A stretch of DNA of 32,000 nucleotides from Erysipelothrix larvae (lineage in GTDB: Bacteria > Bacillota_I > Bacilli_A > Erysipelotrichales > Erysipelotrichaceae). The notes below the pieces were generated by a model. It searched no databases, was not told the DNA's origin, and saw nothing but the letters and a program-made list of their open reading frames with translations. The position numbers and the translations under genes were made by a program. Of the stretch, positions 1 to 7,781 are shown in pieces (positions within the stretch are counted from its first letter, which is position 1; every line of letters begins with the position of its first letter). The DNA is taken from contig NZ_CP013213.1 of the NCBI RefSeq assembly GCF_001545095.1, positions 630,001-662,000 on the forward strand, in the 5' to 3' direction.

Positions 1-756
1 TATCCTTACTTTTATGAGGTTGAATACGTACTCTGACAAATCCCTTGCTACACCATAGTTGACGACTTGTAACGGCTCGTCTTCAGGGTTATGGTTCCAT
101 GGTGTTGATAGATGGATTATGGTTTGCATCATATCGCGTGTATCATTGAGTTCAGCGTAATTCATGGTTAAGTTATTTCGACGTAAGACATGAATTAATG
201 CTTGTTCTAAATCCTTGAAGATTGATTTATCAACGGATGGCTCATGTTTTTCATACAGATCAAGGTATTGACTCCTTAGTTCGTTATATGTTTCTATCCG
301 AGCTTTTGTTGATACGATGAGTTTTAATCCATAATGTGCACGTCTTAACAATTGAATATCTCTTTGTCTTAAATACGCTTCTACATTATCAATATCGTTT
401 TTTATACCAAAGCGACTCATATTAAATTGATTTGCGATTGATTCGATGGTAACAAAAGATTCATTTGACAAAAGTATTTGAAGAATCAAAGCTTCCCTTT
501 GCTTTGGAGCGTATACAGGAGCGATTGCAATTTGTTTAAGATATACATGGTACTTACCTTTATCATTGATTTGTAAGTAATACCCTTTACCCCTTTGGAG
601 TTTAAGGTCAAATCCATGTTGCAGACCATCTTCACTCAATTCTTTGATCTCATTTCTTACTGTTCGATTGCTGACAGTCAACAACGATTCAAAATAAGAA
701 ATATCTAGAAATCCGTGTGCTGTTGCTAATGCTTCTAAGATTACGCTTTTTCTCAT
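1..756 (-). CDS. Transcriptional regulator, N-terminal part (Mga-type HTH / PRD-regulator class such as LicR/MtlR/BglG); the 3' end lies outside the window
   Basis: This frame is absent from the ORF track because it runs off the window. A reverse-strand ATG at 754-756 opens a frame that stays open to base 1. Hand translation reads MRKSVILEALATAHGFLDISYFESLLTVSNRTVRNEIKELSEDGLQHGFDLKLQRGKGYYLQINDKG...FVTIESIANQFNMSRFGIKNDIDNVEAYL. Two successive HTH-like modules resemble the N-terminus of PRD-containing activators. The family assignment is from memory only. Confidence 0.5.
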   Translation of the reverse strand, partial: MRKSVILEALATAHGFLDISYFESLLTVSNRTVRNEIKELSEDGLQHGFDLKLQRGKGYYLQINDKGKYHVYLKQIAIAPVYAPKQREALILQILLSNESFVTIESIANQFNMSRFGIKNDIDNVEAYLRQRDIQLLRRAHYGLKLIVSTKARIETYNELRSQYLDLYEKHEPSVDKSIFKDLEQALIHVLRRNNLTMNYAELNDTRDMMQTIIHLSTPWNHNPEDEPLQVVNYGVARDLSEYVFNLIKVRI

Positions 757-995
757 TTACTCATCGTCCTTTCTTTCATTGATTTTCAAAAGCGTTAACA
801 ACTACATGTTAATTATAAAATGGAGACTAACACTTATAAAAGATTTGGTTTTTCAATCCTTTTTGGCAAAAACTTGGCTAATTAATTGTTCCTATAATAA
901 TAAATAATCATATTCGTGTTTAAAATCCTAAATATATTAAAAAAATCGTTGAAAAGTGCAATTATATTGTTAGAAGGGATAAAGAAATACAAATA

Positions 996-1814
996 TCAAG
1001 CCAATTCTTGAAGTAATTCTGCTACCTCATCGTCTTTATGAGGATACATATGTCCATAGGTATCAAGCGTGGTTTGGATCTTCTCATGACCCAAACGTTT
1101 TGCTATCACAATGGGTTGAATCCCTTGTTCAATGAGTAGAGATGCGTGAGAGTGTCGTAGATCATGAACACGAATCCGTTACAGTTTCGCCTTCTCACAA
1201 TAGGTAGGCATTGAATGTTCGAACTTGTGTTTGGTAAATGGAAAGATTCTCTGTGACGGTTTGATTTTATAATGAAGTTTCAGGTATTCCTGAATGTGTA
1301 TGATTAATGAGGAATGGACTTTGATTTTGCGCTTTCCTTTTTCAGTCTTGGGTTCTGTAATGATATCCTCTCCATTGATTCTCTGATAAGAATGATTGAT
1401 TGAAATGACATTATTTTCAAAGTCAATATCATTTGGAGTTAAAGCTAAGAGCTCACCAATGCGGATGCCTGTCCAATACAAAAGCATGTAACCGATACAA
1501 TCAGTTGGATCATCAATGACATTCATGAACTGATTGAATTCATCTTTGGTAAAGAATGACATCTCCGTTGCATGCTTTTTGCCCATGGAACCTGCTTTAT
1601 GACAAGGGTTATCAGAGAGATTGTAGAAACGAACGGCATAGTTGAAGAGTGCGACGAGCTGATTATTGATACATTTCAAATACGTGGGCTTGTAACCCGA
1701 TTGTAAGAGCTTGTTCTGCCATCTTCGAATGTCGTGTGGCTTGATTTGATTGATCGGCTTAGAAGCGAAGTGTGGCAGGATTTTCGATTTGAAAATATGT
1801 TTCTTACTTTCCAA
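996..1814 (-). pseudogene. Tyrosine recombinase / phage-type integrase interrupted by an in-frame TAA
   Basis: The track ORF 1179-1814 (211 aa) has the core-binding region and the start of the catalytic domain (LLYWTGIRIGELLAL carries the catalytic Arg box). It stops at a TAA (reverse complement of 1179-1181). The same frame continues as RIRVHDLRHSHASLLIEQGIQPIVIAKRLGHEKIQTTLDTYGHMYP...ELA* down to the TGA at 996-998. That stretch supplies the HxxR box and the catalytic Tyr. 996-1181 is 186 nt, so it is in frame. The only start is a TTG, and the upstream open frame ends at a stop near 1905 with no ATG. Confidence 0.8.
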
Positions 1815-1882
1815 TGTGCTTAAACGAATCCAATCACAATCAAAACGGATTATCTGTTTATCTGTTACAGAGGAACATGAGT

Positions 1883-2126
1883 AAAAGCGACGATGTAATT
1901 TTCACTGGGATAAAAACATCGTCCAAACGTCGCTTTTCAATTTTATTTGCCTGAAATTATGTACACAAATAATTTCATGCTGTTCATGAAGTCCTTTAAA
2001 TACTGGATACTATGCATGTCATGATATTAAATCATCTCTGTTGTTATTTCTAAAAAGCAGCGATGATGCTGGGCGTTTATGGTCAGAAAGCGACGCTAAA
2101 AATATGAAGAAGCGACGATGAAAAGA
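1883..2126. repeat. Cluster of five copies of an AAAGCGACG(A/C)T-like motif (four direct, one inverted)
   Basis: Copies read by eye: AAAAGCGACGATG at 1883-1895; ACGTCGCTTTT at 1927-1937 (inverted); AAAAAGCAGCGATGATG at 2052-2068 (with an insertion); GAAAGCGACGCT at 2086-2097; GAAGAAGCGACGATG at 2107-2121. They lie in non-coding DNA between the integrase 5' end and the IS21 element. Confidence 0.5.
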
Positions 2127-2210
2127 GAGGTCACATTTATCCGGATAGAGAATAATAGTTGTAGTCTGGCAAGTTTAAGGAATTAGCGCTTTGTGTGGCT
2201 CGTGTGCGAT

Positions 2211-2263
2211 TGTATTTGTCAACTGAATAATGGTCCAAATCTCAATTGAAAACTGGTCCACTA
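2211..2263. repeat. IS21 terminal inverted repeat (istB-proximal end)
   Basis: Sequence tgtatttgtcaactgaataatggtccaaatctcaattgaaaactggtccacta. It matches the reverse complement of 4538-4590 at about 45 of 53 positions by hand alignment, and the inner 24 nt are identical. It contains an internal TGGTCCA direct repeat (2231-2237 and 2254-2260), like the multi-site IstA-binding ends of IS21 elements. Confidence 0.8.
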
Positions 2264-2270
2264 CCGTTTG

Positions 2271-3017
2271 TCATTCTTTGCTCTTTAGCCAAGCAATTGT
2301 TTCTTCAACACGATAACTCTCTCCACTCATATTTAATAGATGTGATTTATAGGTTAAGCGGTCGACTAGAGCAGTTGTTAGAATGGGGTCTTTGAATATT
2401 TCTTCCCATCTATCGAACATTAAATTTGTTGTAATAATCATAGAGCCCACTGTTATTCTATTTGAGATTAGATTGAATAGAATTTCACTTCCTTCTTTAT
2501 CAAATGATACATAGCCGAGTTCATCAAGAATTACTAGATCAAATTTTTCAAACTTCTTTTTGTATTGCGTAATTTGATTTTTTGACATAGCTTCTTTTAA
2601 CTCTATAATTAGATTAGGAACGCTGATAAATAGCACTTTTTTATTTTCTAGACAAGCTTTGATTCCAAGTGCGGTCGCATAATGTGTTTTTCCCATTCCA
2701 GGATTACTCATTAAGATAATGTTTTCTTTATTTTCTATAAAGTTCAATGTTTCCAGTTCTTTAAACTTTCGTTTTAATTCTGAATTAAATTTTACAGTCG
2801 TAAAATCCTCCAATGTCTTGTTTTGAGGAAATCGAGCAGCACGAATGCGTTGTTTTATTCCGTTGTCACGACGATTGTTTCGTTCGCAATAAAGCAGTTC
2901 GTTAAGAAATTCTTGAAAATCCAATCCTTTGTGTTTCGCTTCCTGTATTGCTGCTTCATAGTGTGTTTTTATGAATGAAAGTTTTAATTCTTTTGACAAT
3001 TGTTCAATTGTTTCCAT
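2271..3017 (-). CDS. istB: IS21-family helper ATPase IstB
   Basis: 248 aa with Walker A (MSNPGMGKTHYATALG) and Walker B (LVILDELGY). It sits 11 nt downstream of istA, the typical IS21 arrangement. Confidence 0.9.
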   Translation of the reverse strand: METIEQLSKELKLSFIKTHYEAAIQEAKHKGLDFQEFLNELLYCERNNRRDNGIKQRIRAARFPQNKTLEDFTTVKFNSELKRKFKELETLNFIENKENIILMSNPGMGKTHYATALGIKACLENKKVLFISVPNLIIELKEAMSKNQITQYKKKFEKFDLVILDELGYVSFDKEGSEILFNLISNRITVGSMIITTNLMFDRWEEIFKDPILTTALVDRLTYKSHLLNMSGESYRVEETIAWLKSKE

Positions 3018-3028
3018 TAATTTATCTC

Positions 3029-4477
3029 CTAGTGCATTAATTGGCTTATTTTCTTAAGTTGTTTACGTGATTGTTCTTGTATGCTGTCATCATACTCAAC
3101 GGTGTCAATTGTATTTGAAACCAACCGATACTTTAAAGCATCTTTGAGCGTTTTATACGTTTCATTCCTGTTTTCTTGAAGAATTTCTATGAACTCTTTA
3201 GTTCTTGTTTTATAATGATTATGGTAGATGTTATAAAGCTCAGGATGTTGTTTTAGGACAAGTGAATTCTTTACAGATCCCGGCTTAGTCATCATTGTAT
3301 TCAGATAGTGGTCCAACACAAGCTGATATTGATGATGACCATCTATCTTTTTATGTTCGTACACAAATGTGTGATTTGAATAGATGCGTATCGAATTTAC
3401 GGTGTTTTTGACCGTAACTCTTTTGTGTTGGAGATAGTCTGGGACTGAATAAAAATTATTTTCAACGTGTATACAACCATACTTGTCAACACTATATACT
3501 TCGATATCAGCGAATTCATAAGGAATTCTGTAAGGTTGAAGTTCTTTCTTTTCATCTTCGATTGAACTCTTTATATTGATTTCATCAAGAGTCTGTTCAA
3601 GATGAACACATGCCTCTTCAAATGTTTCAAACTTATAGTCCTTTGCGAATACACGATTTCGAATTACCTTAACACTGTTTTCTACACTTCCTTTTTCATG
3701 ACCACTTCGTATATTAGTCAGGTTAATTTCAAAATTATAATAGAGTGCCAGTTTGAGGCAATCATCATTAATTTCTTTTTCATAAGGCGTTATAAAGCGC
3801 TTCACGACGTTTCTCATATTGTCATATACAACTTCACCCCAAGAGCCTTTAGAATGCTCAAAGAAGCGAACATGTGCATCTATGAATACTTGTTTGCGTT
3901 GGTTTGGATATAAATATGCATACCGATATCCGCTTGCTGGTGATGAGAAAACAGCGAGATAATATGTTCTTGGTTCACCATTAATTAAAAGCTTTACTTC
4001 TCCAAAGTCAAACTCTAACCGCTCACCATATCGATAATCTTGTCGAATAAATGTTTCTCGTGAAGCTTGAATTTCATGCACAAAATTTCGTATGGTTGTC
4101 TGACCAATATCATGTCCCTCGCTTTTGATAATTTCAAAAATTTGAGTGACTGTTAACTTTTGCTTATGATGTCTTCCTAGTAACATATCTTTATCTTTTT
4201 CTGAATCCATAATTTCAATGATGCGTGCTTGAATTTCTTGCGTTAACTTGCGCTTACCTCGTTTGCTTGCATCATAGTGACGGTCCCCAACAATTTGATC
4301 AATGACTTCTACTTTTCTTTCGTCTGATAAATCATGATTATCAATCAATTGTATTTGACATTTATTATATTCCTGAAGATACCGTGCGACCGTCTTTCGG
4401 TCTATACCCAATTCAAGGGCAATCTTTCTGTTGGACCATCCTTTCTTTTTTAATGTGATAATTGAATATTTGCTCAT
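3029..4477 (-). CDS. istA: IS21-family transposase IstA (DDE)
   Basis: The N-terminal HTH is KKKGWSNRKIALELGIDRKTVARYL, followed by a long catalytic core. The track starts at a GTG (4516). The ATG at 4475-4477 (MSKYSIITLKK...) has AGAGGTGA 8 nt upstream and is the likelier start. Confidence 0.9.
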   Translation of the reverse strand: MSKYSIITLKKKGWSNRKIALELGIDRKTVARYLQEYNKCQIQLIDNHDLSDERKVEVIDQIVGDRHYDASKRGKRKLTQEIQARIIEIMDSEKDKDMLLGRHHKQKLTVTQIFEIIKSEGHDIGQTTIRNFVHEIQASRETFIRQDYRYGERLEFDFGEVKLLINGEPRTYYLAVFSSPASGYRYAYLYPNQRKQVFIDAHVRFFEHSKGSWGEVVYDNMRNVVKRFITPYEKEINDDCLKLALYYNFEINLTNIRSGHEKGSVENSVKVIRNRVFAKDYKFETFEEACVHLEQTLDEINIKSSIEDEKKELQPYRIPYEFADIEVYSVDKYGCIHVENNFYSVPDYLQHKRVTVKNTVNSIRIYSNHTFVYEHKKIDGHHQYQLVLDHYLNTMMTKPGSVKNSLVLKQHPELYNIYHNHYKTRTKEFIEILQENRNETYKTLKDALKYRLVSNTIDTVEYDDSIQEQSRKQLKKISQLMH

Positions 4478-4537
4478 TTGTGATATCACCTCTTTCACCT
4501 CCAAAAGCATTATCACACACTTCTGAAGTTATAAAAA

Positions 4538-4590
4538 TAGTGGACCAGTTTTCAATTGAGAATTGGCCCACTTTTAGATTAACAAATACA
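4538..4590. repeat. IS21 terminal inverted repeat (istA-proximal end)
   Basis: Sequence tagtggaccagttttcaattgagaattggcccacttttagattaacaaataca, the inverted partner of 2211-2263. The element ends in CA at 4589-4590. Confidence 0.8.
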
Positions 4591-4799
4591 GCGATTTTTG
4601 TCATTTTCTGGGATAAAGGGGCAGACTTCATATGTTTACGCCACTTGAAGCCTGTGTAAGGGCAGAAAGTCCATAAATCAAGAGAACATACCTTCAAACA
4701 ATCAAAAATTATGATTTTATGGGTTATTTATGAAGTAAGACCTGAACGATAGCAGGTTAAAGTAAAGGGGGCACATCAGCGAGCAACGCTCGCTGAAAG

Positions 4800-5316
4800 A
4801 AGTATATTTTTAAGGAAATCTTGACATTAATATTTCAAGATATTAGCAAGCCATGTTACATATAAGTCACTGCGTTAAGATAGTGATGTTAAGAAAAATA
4901 TTTTGCGTAAAATCTATGATCTTTTTTCGGATCCAATAGAATAAGGTAACACGCCCGGAAATAAAATTAGTATTAAGAGATAAATTCCTATTACTACAAC
5001 AATGAATTTCGATGTGTGTTTCATCATGTTTTAAATGCTTTAAAACGATTCAATAACTGCGTTATCCTATGAGTATGGTTTTTGCTAAAAGAATTGTACA
5101 ATATGCTATTCAACGATTACTGCTCTCACTTTGAATGAGTAATACAGCGAGCCACAATCGCTGTATTTCGATATCGGCATAATAACGGGCAAGGTAACCA
5201 ATTTACCTCGTATGATCTCACAGAATATTGTCTTGAAAACGAAAAGCATGAACAAAGATGGATGTCAGTATGATAGTACAGTGATAGAATGTTTCTCTAG
5301 TACTGTGAAATTTTAG
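4800..5316 (+). pseudogene. Decayed IS3-family transposase (orfB) relic
   Basis: Hand translations in shifting plus-strand frames resemble conserved IS3 OrfB blocks. HNNGQGNQFTSYDLTEYCLENEKHEQ (5178-5255) resembles the HSDxGSQYTS...F...C block. MNKDGCQYDSTVIECFSSTVKF* (5248-5316) resembles MSRKGNCYDNAxxESFFxxLK. Weaker echoes lie upstream (IFQDISKPCYI*VTALR, KIYDLFSDPIE). There are multiple stops and frameshifts. The extent is approximate. Confidence 0.45.
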
Positions 5317-5483
5317 ACTGATAAATCGATGCTTTTTCAAAGGGGACAAAAAAATTTGGAAACTCCAGTATCATAATATTTGCTTGGTTGGTATATCCAA
5401 GTAAGCTGCATGTGTCAAAAGGGTAAAAGACCCCCAATAAGAATAAACCAATATCTAAAGTAAACTAAGTGTAATTGTTCGTA

Positions 5484-6293
5484 TTAAGTAATATCGTGCT
5501 CTTTTTGAAGGGTACACATCCAGTATCCAAATCCTGAGCCTGCAAACAATAGCACAAGACTTTCTAAGCAAAGCGTGCTAAAGCCCTGGGGCATAATCAT
5601 TAGGGTAGAAGCCAAAATGATACCCAATATACAATGAAATAACACAGTATGCGCGTTATTGAAAGCAAAATTCATCATTTTCGACAGCAATAACACCGTG
5701 CATATGGTTCCAATTAAAATAGGAATGATAATCATTAAATCAAAGTTGATTAATCCATCAGTCATATGCTTATACAATCCCAGATACACAATTAAATTTG
5801 TTGGGCTAAGTCCTGGTATAATTAACCCAAGCCCAATCAAAACACCCACAATTATCCATGTACTGAATTTTGGGTGTGGATTTAGATAAAGTAGAGTTTC
5901 CCCAAACACCATAAGCATCAAACTTATCAAAAACACTAAAATGAGTATGATAATGTGCTTTTTCTCTCGTCCCTTTGCGCCTGCTTGCTTCCAAAGGGAA
6001 GGTACAGTACCGAGAATACAGCCTACAAATAACCATAAAATTTGAGTTTCATACCTGCTTAAGAAAAAGCTCATGAGGTACGAAAAAAAGATCACACCTG
6101 AAATACCACCAAGTCCAAGTGGAATAAAGTAAATGATATTACTTTTGAAATTATGGGTTATATGTGCTAAAAAAGTAATGATTTGTTGGTATACGCCAAA
6201 AACGGCAGCTAAAGCGCCTCCGCTGACTCCAGGTAAGATAAAACCAGATCCGATCAAAACGCCTTTTATAAATCTCAAAATCCAATCAATCAT
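5484..6293 (-). CDS. DUF368-family polytopic membrane protein (the family implicated in undecaprenyl-phosphate recycling)
   Basis: The N-terminal motif is FIKGVLIGSGFILPGVSGGALAAVFGVY, and a second copy of the motif reads LIGLGLIIPGLSPTN. That is the characteristic DUF368 internal duplication. The protein is hydrophobic throughout. I prefer the ATG at 6291-6293 (AAGGAG 10 nt upstream) over the track start at 6320, which has no RBS. Confidence 0.7.
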   Translation of the reverse strand: MIDWILRFIKGVLIGSGFILPGVSGGALAAVFGVYQQIITFLAHITHNFKSNIIYFIPLGLGGISGVIFFSYLMSFFLSRYETQILWLFVGCILGTVPSLWKQAGAKGREKKHIIILILVFLISLMLMVFGETLLYLNPHPKFSTWIIVGVLIGLGLIIPGLSPTNLIVYLGLYKHMTDGLINFDLMIIIPILIGTICTVLLLSKMMNFAFNNAHTVLFHCILGIILASTLMIMPQGFSTLCLESLVLLFAGSGFGYWMCTLQKEHDIT

Positions 6294-6365
6294 GGGTAAT
6301 TTACTCCTTTTTAAGATCATACTACTAACTGATTCTGTATACTAAATATAATTAAGTACAAGCCA

Positions 6366-6401
6366 ATAAAGAAAGGCAACTTATCAGAAGATAGATTGCC
6401 T
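6366..6401 (-). terminator. Probable intrinsic terminator of the PadR operon
   Basis: On the minus strand, the hairpin aggcaatctatc-ttct-gataagttgcct has two central mismatches. It is followed by the T-rich run ttctttatt, directly after the stop at 6410. Confidence 0.5.
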
Positions 6402-6409
6402 ATTTGATG

Positions 6410-7027
6410 TCATTTCTTTGTAATCAAATTGTCAATGAGTTGATAAAGAAAGAACAAGCAGAATAAACCGATGCTATACAGCGCAAGTGTTAAACTGAGT
6501 GCAGAGAGTATAAATGTAATGTGTAGCAGTGAATCCAAGAAATGAATGATAAGGAATACGAAAGCGAAAATGGAAGCATATCCTAATAAATAATAGTGTG
6601 TTGTTTTCTCGAGTAAATCAACGCCGTTTGCTTCTGTAAACTCCGCAACTTGGAAATGACTGATTGCCTTTTTTACCGCAAGTTCGTGTGTTTCGCCTTG
6701 ACTTATTAAGTCCAAAACAATATCATTCAAATACTGTTCAAGCTCTTCCTTTTCATCGTTACTTACAGTCATATGATCAACGAAATGATGAATGTCGTCG
6801 AACTTTTTATACATCGTCTTAATCTTTAAATGACTCATATAATTCAGTATACTCCATATCAAAGCAACTGCAAATCCTACACCATACATCACTGTTTCGG
6901 TTGTTGGGGCAAGATTGCCAAAATATCGTCCGATGTAAAATGATGCAATAAATGCTGCGATGGAGAGACAAAGAACCCATGGGTATTGCATCTTAGATAG
7001 ATTAAAAACTTTTTTGATAATGTTCAC
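6410..7027 (-). CDS. PadR-associated membrane protein (function unknown)
   Basis: 205 aa. It uses a GTG start with AAGGAGG 7 nt upstream, overlapping the PadR stop. It has N- and C-terminal TM segments. The central soluble segment EKEELEQYLNDIVLDLISQGETHELAVKKAISHF resembles the helper domains commonly encoded after padR genes. Confidence 0.55.
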   Translation of the reverse strand: MNIIKKVFNLSKMQYPWVLCLSIAAFIASFYIGRYFGNLAPTTETVMYGVGFAVALIWSILNYMSHLKIKTMYKKFDDIHHFVDHMTVSNDEKEELEQYLNDIVLDLISQGETHELAVKKAISHFQVAEFTEANGVDLLEKTTHYYLLGYASIFAFVFLIIHFLDSLLHITFILSALSLTLALYSIGLFCLFFLYQLIDNLITKK

Positions 7028-7039
7028 TACGAAACCTCC

Positions 7040-7354
7040 TTAAATGAATTTGTTCACTAATTGGACAGTTTGCTCCCAATCAGCGCTCAGAATTTTTAGT
7101 TGCTCTTTTCCAAGATCGGTTATTTTGAAATACCTACGCCGACCTCCACCCGTCTCATTTCCCCAATAAGCTTCAATAAACTGATTTTTTTCAAGACGCT
7201 TCAATGCAATATACATGGTAGCTTCTAAGATTTCAAACAGGTCATCGGATCTTGCTTTGATCCTTTTTGAGATTTCATAACCATAATTATCCCCACTCAA
7301 CAACACGCTCAATATGAGAATATCAATTGTACCTTTTAGCATTTCTTTATTCAA
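7040..7354 (-). CDS. PadR-family transcriptional regulator
   Basis: 104 aa with a PadR winged-HTH pattern (ILILSVLLSGDNYGYEISKRIK...YIALKRLEKNQFIEAYW...GGRRRYFKITDLGK). It uses a TTG start with GAGGAGG 7 nt upstream. Confidence 0.85.
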   Translation of the reverse strand: MNKEMLKGTIDILILSVLLSGDNYGYEISKRIKARSDDLFEILEATMYIALKRLEKNQFIEAYWGNETGGGRRRYFKITDLGKEQLKILSADWEQTVQLVNKFI

Positions 7355-7404
7355 AGACGCACCTCCTCAACTACTCAAAACTATTATGTATTGAATATGA
7401 ACTT

Positions 7405-7433
7405 AGTATAATGTGAGTACTTAAAAATGTCAA
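7405..7433 (-). promoter_or_regulatory. Sigma-A-type promoter of the PadR operon, bracketed by AGTACTTAA repeats
   Basis: The minus strand reads TTGACA (7428-7433), 17 nt, then TATACT (7405-7410). Two AGTACTTAA copies (7416-7424 and 7433-7441) sit 17 bp apart, and their core AGTACT is palindromic. They overlap the spacer and the -35 box. Confidence 0.55.
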
Positions 7434-7675
7434 GTACTTAATAAACTTTTTATATTTTGCTTTTATTGCACTATAGATAAGATGATACGCCGATTCTGTA
7501 GAAAGGTAGTGATATCCTTTTTGTTACCGTAACATTGATATATATGGATTTGATTTTGATATGCTGACTGTGCTTTAAAAAAAACGGGTCAAACACCTTT
7601 GTTTGCGATTGATCGAGAATCACATTAGTTGATCAATAAAATAGAGAAACGAGCAGGTAAATCCTATCAGAGGTT

Positions 7676-7705
7676 TTGTGCAAAGAATATATGGATTACT
7701 ATAAG
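7676..7705 (+). promoter_or_regulatory. Candidate promoter for the jet operon
   Basis: TTGTGC (7676-7681), 18 nt, then TATAAG (7700-7705), about 75 nt upstream of the jetA ATG. The match is weak and not unique within the 7355-7781 intergenic region. Confidence 0.25.
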
Positions 7706-7781
7706 TGAGAGTACTTTCGAAATCAGGGGGTTCAACGGTGTTTTATTGTGATTAAATTAATGTATTCACAAGGAGGTGCCC

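Larger units (their letters stand above)
2211..4590 (-). mobile_element. IS21-family insertion sequence (istA-istB), 2380 bp, apparently intact
   Basis: The ends are 5'-TG...CA-3'. The 53-bp terminal inverted repeats are 2211-2263 and 4538-4590. They flank istA and istB, both of which are full length. The element is flanked by a direct 5-bp duplication, GCGAT, at 2206-2210 and 4591-4595. Confidence 0.85.

Noticed and set aside
757-995. Search by eye for att-like direct repeats between the integrase-distal flank and candidate island ends
   Set aside because: Only trivial AT-rich matches of 8-9 nt were found. This cannot be distinguished from chance without a computational scan, so no att site is claimed.
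1179-1181. Possibility that the in-frame TAA in the integrase is read through or recoded
   Set aside because: Many genes in the window end in TAA and show normal stops, and there is no recoding context. Pseudogenisation or sequencing error is the simpler explanation.
3602-4697. Track ORFs 3602-3913 (+), 4413-4697 (-) and 4462-4659 (+) in or around istA
   Set aside because: They are antisense to istA or cross the IS21 terminal repeat into flanking DNA. They have no RBS and low-complexity translations. These are shadow ORFs.
5659-6345. Track ORFs 5659-5889 (+), 5806-6036 (-) and 6133-6345 (+) overlapping the DUF368 gene
   Set aside because: They lie entirely within or antisense to a well-supported membrane-protein gene, with no independent signals.
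7733-7756. Tiny ORF GTG-TTT-TAT-TGT-GAT-TAA preceded by AGGGGG just upstream of jetA, considered as a leader peptide
   Set aside because: It is only five sense codons with no associated attenuator structure. This is likely coincidental.
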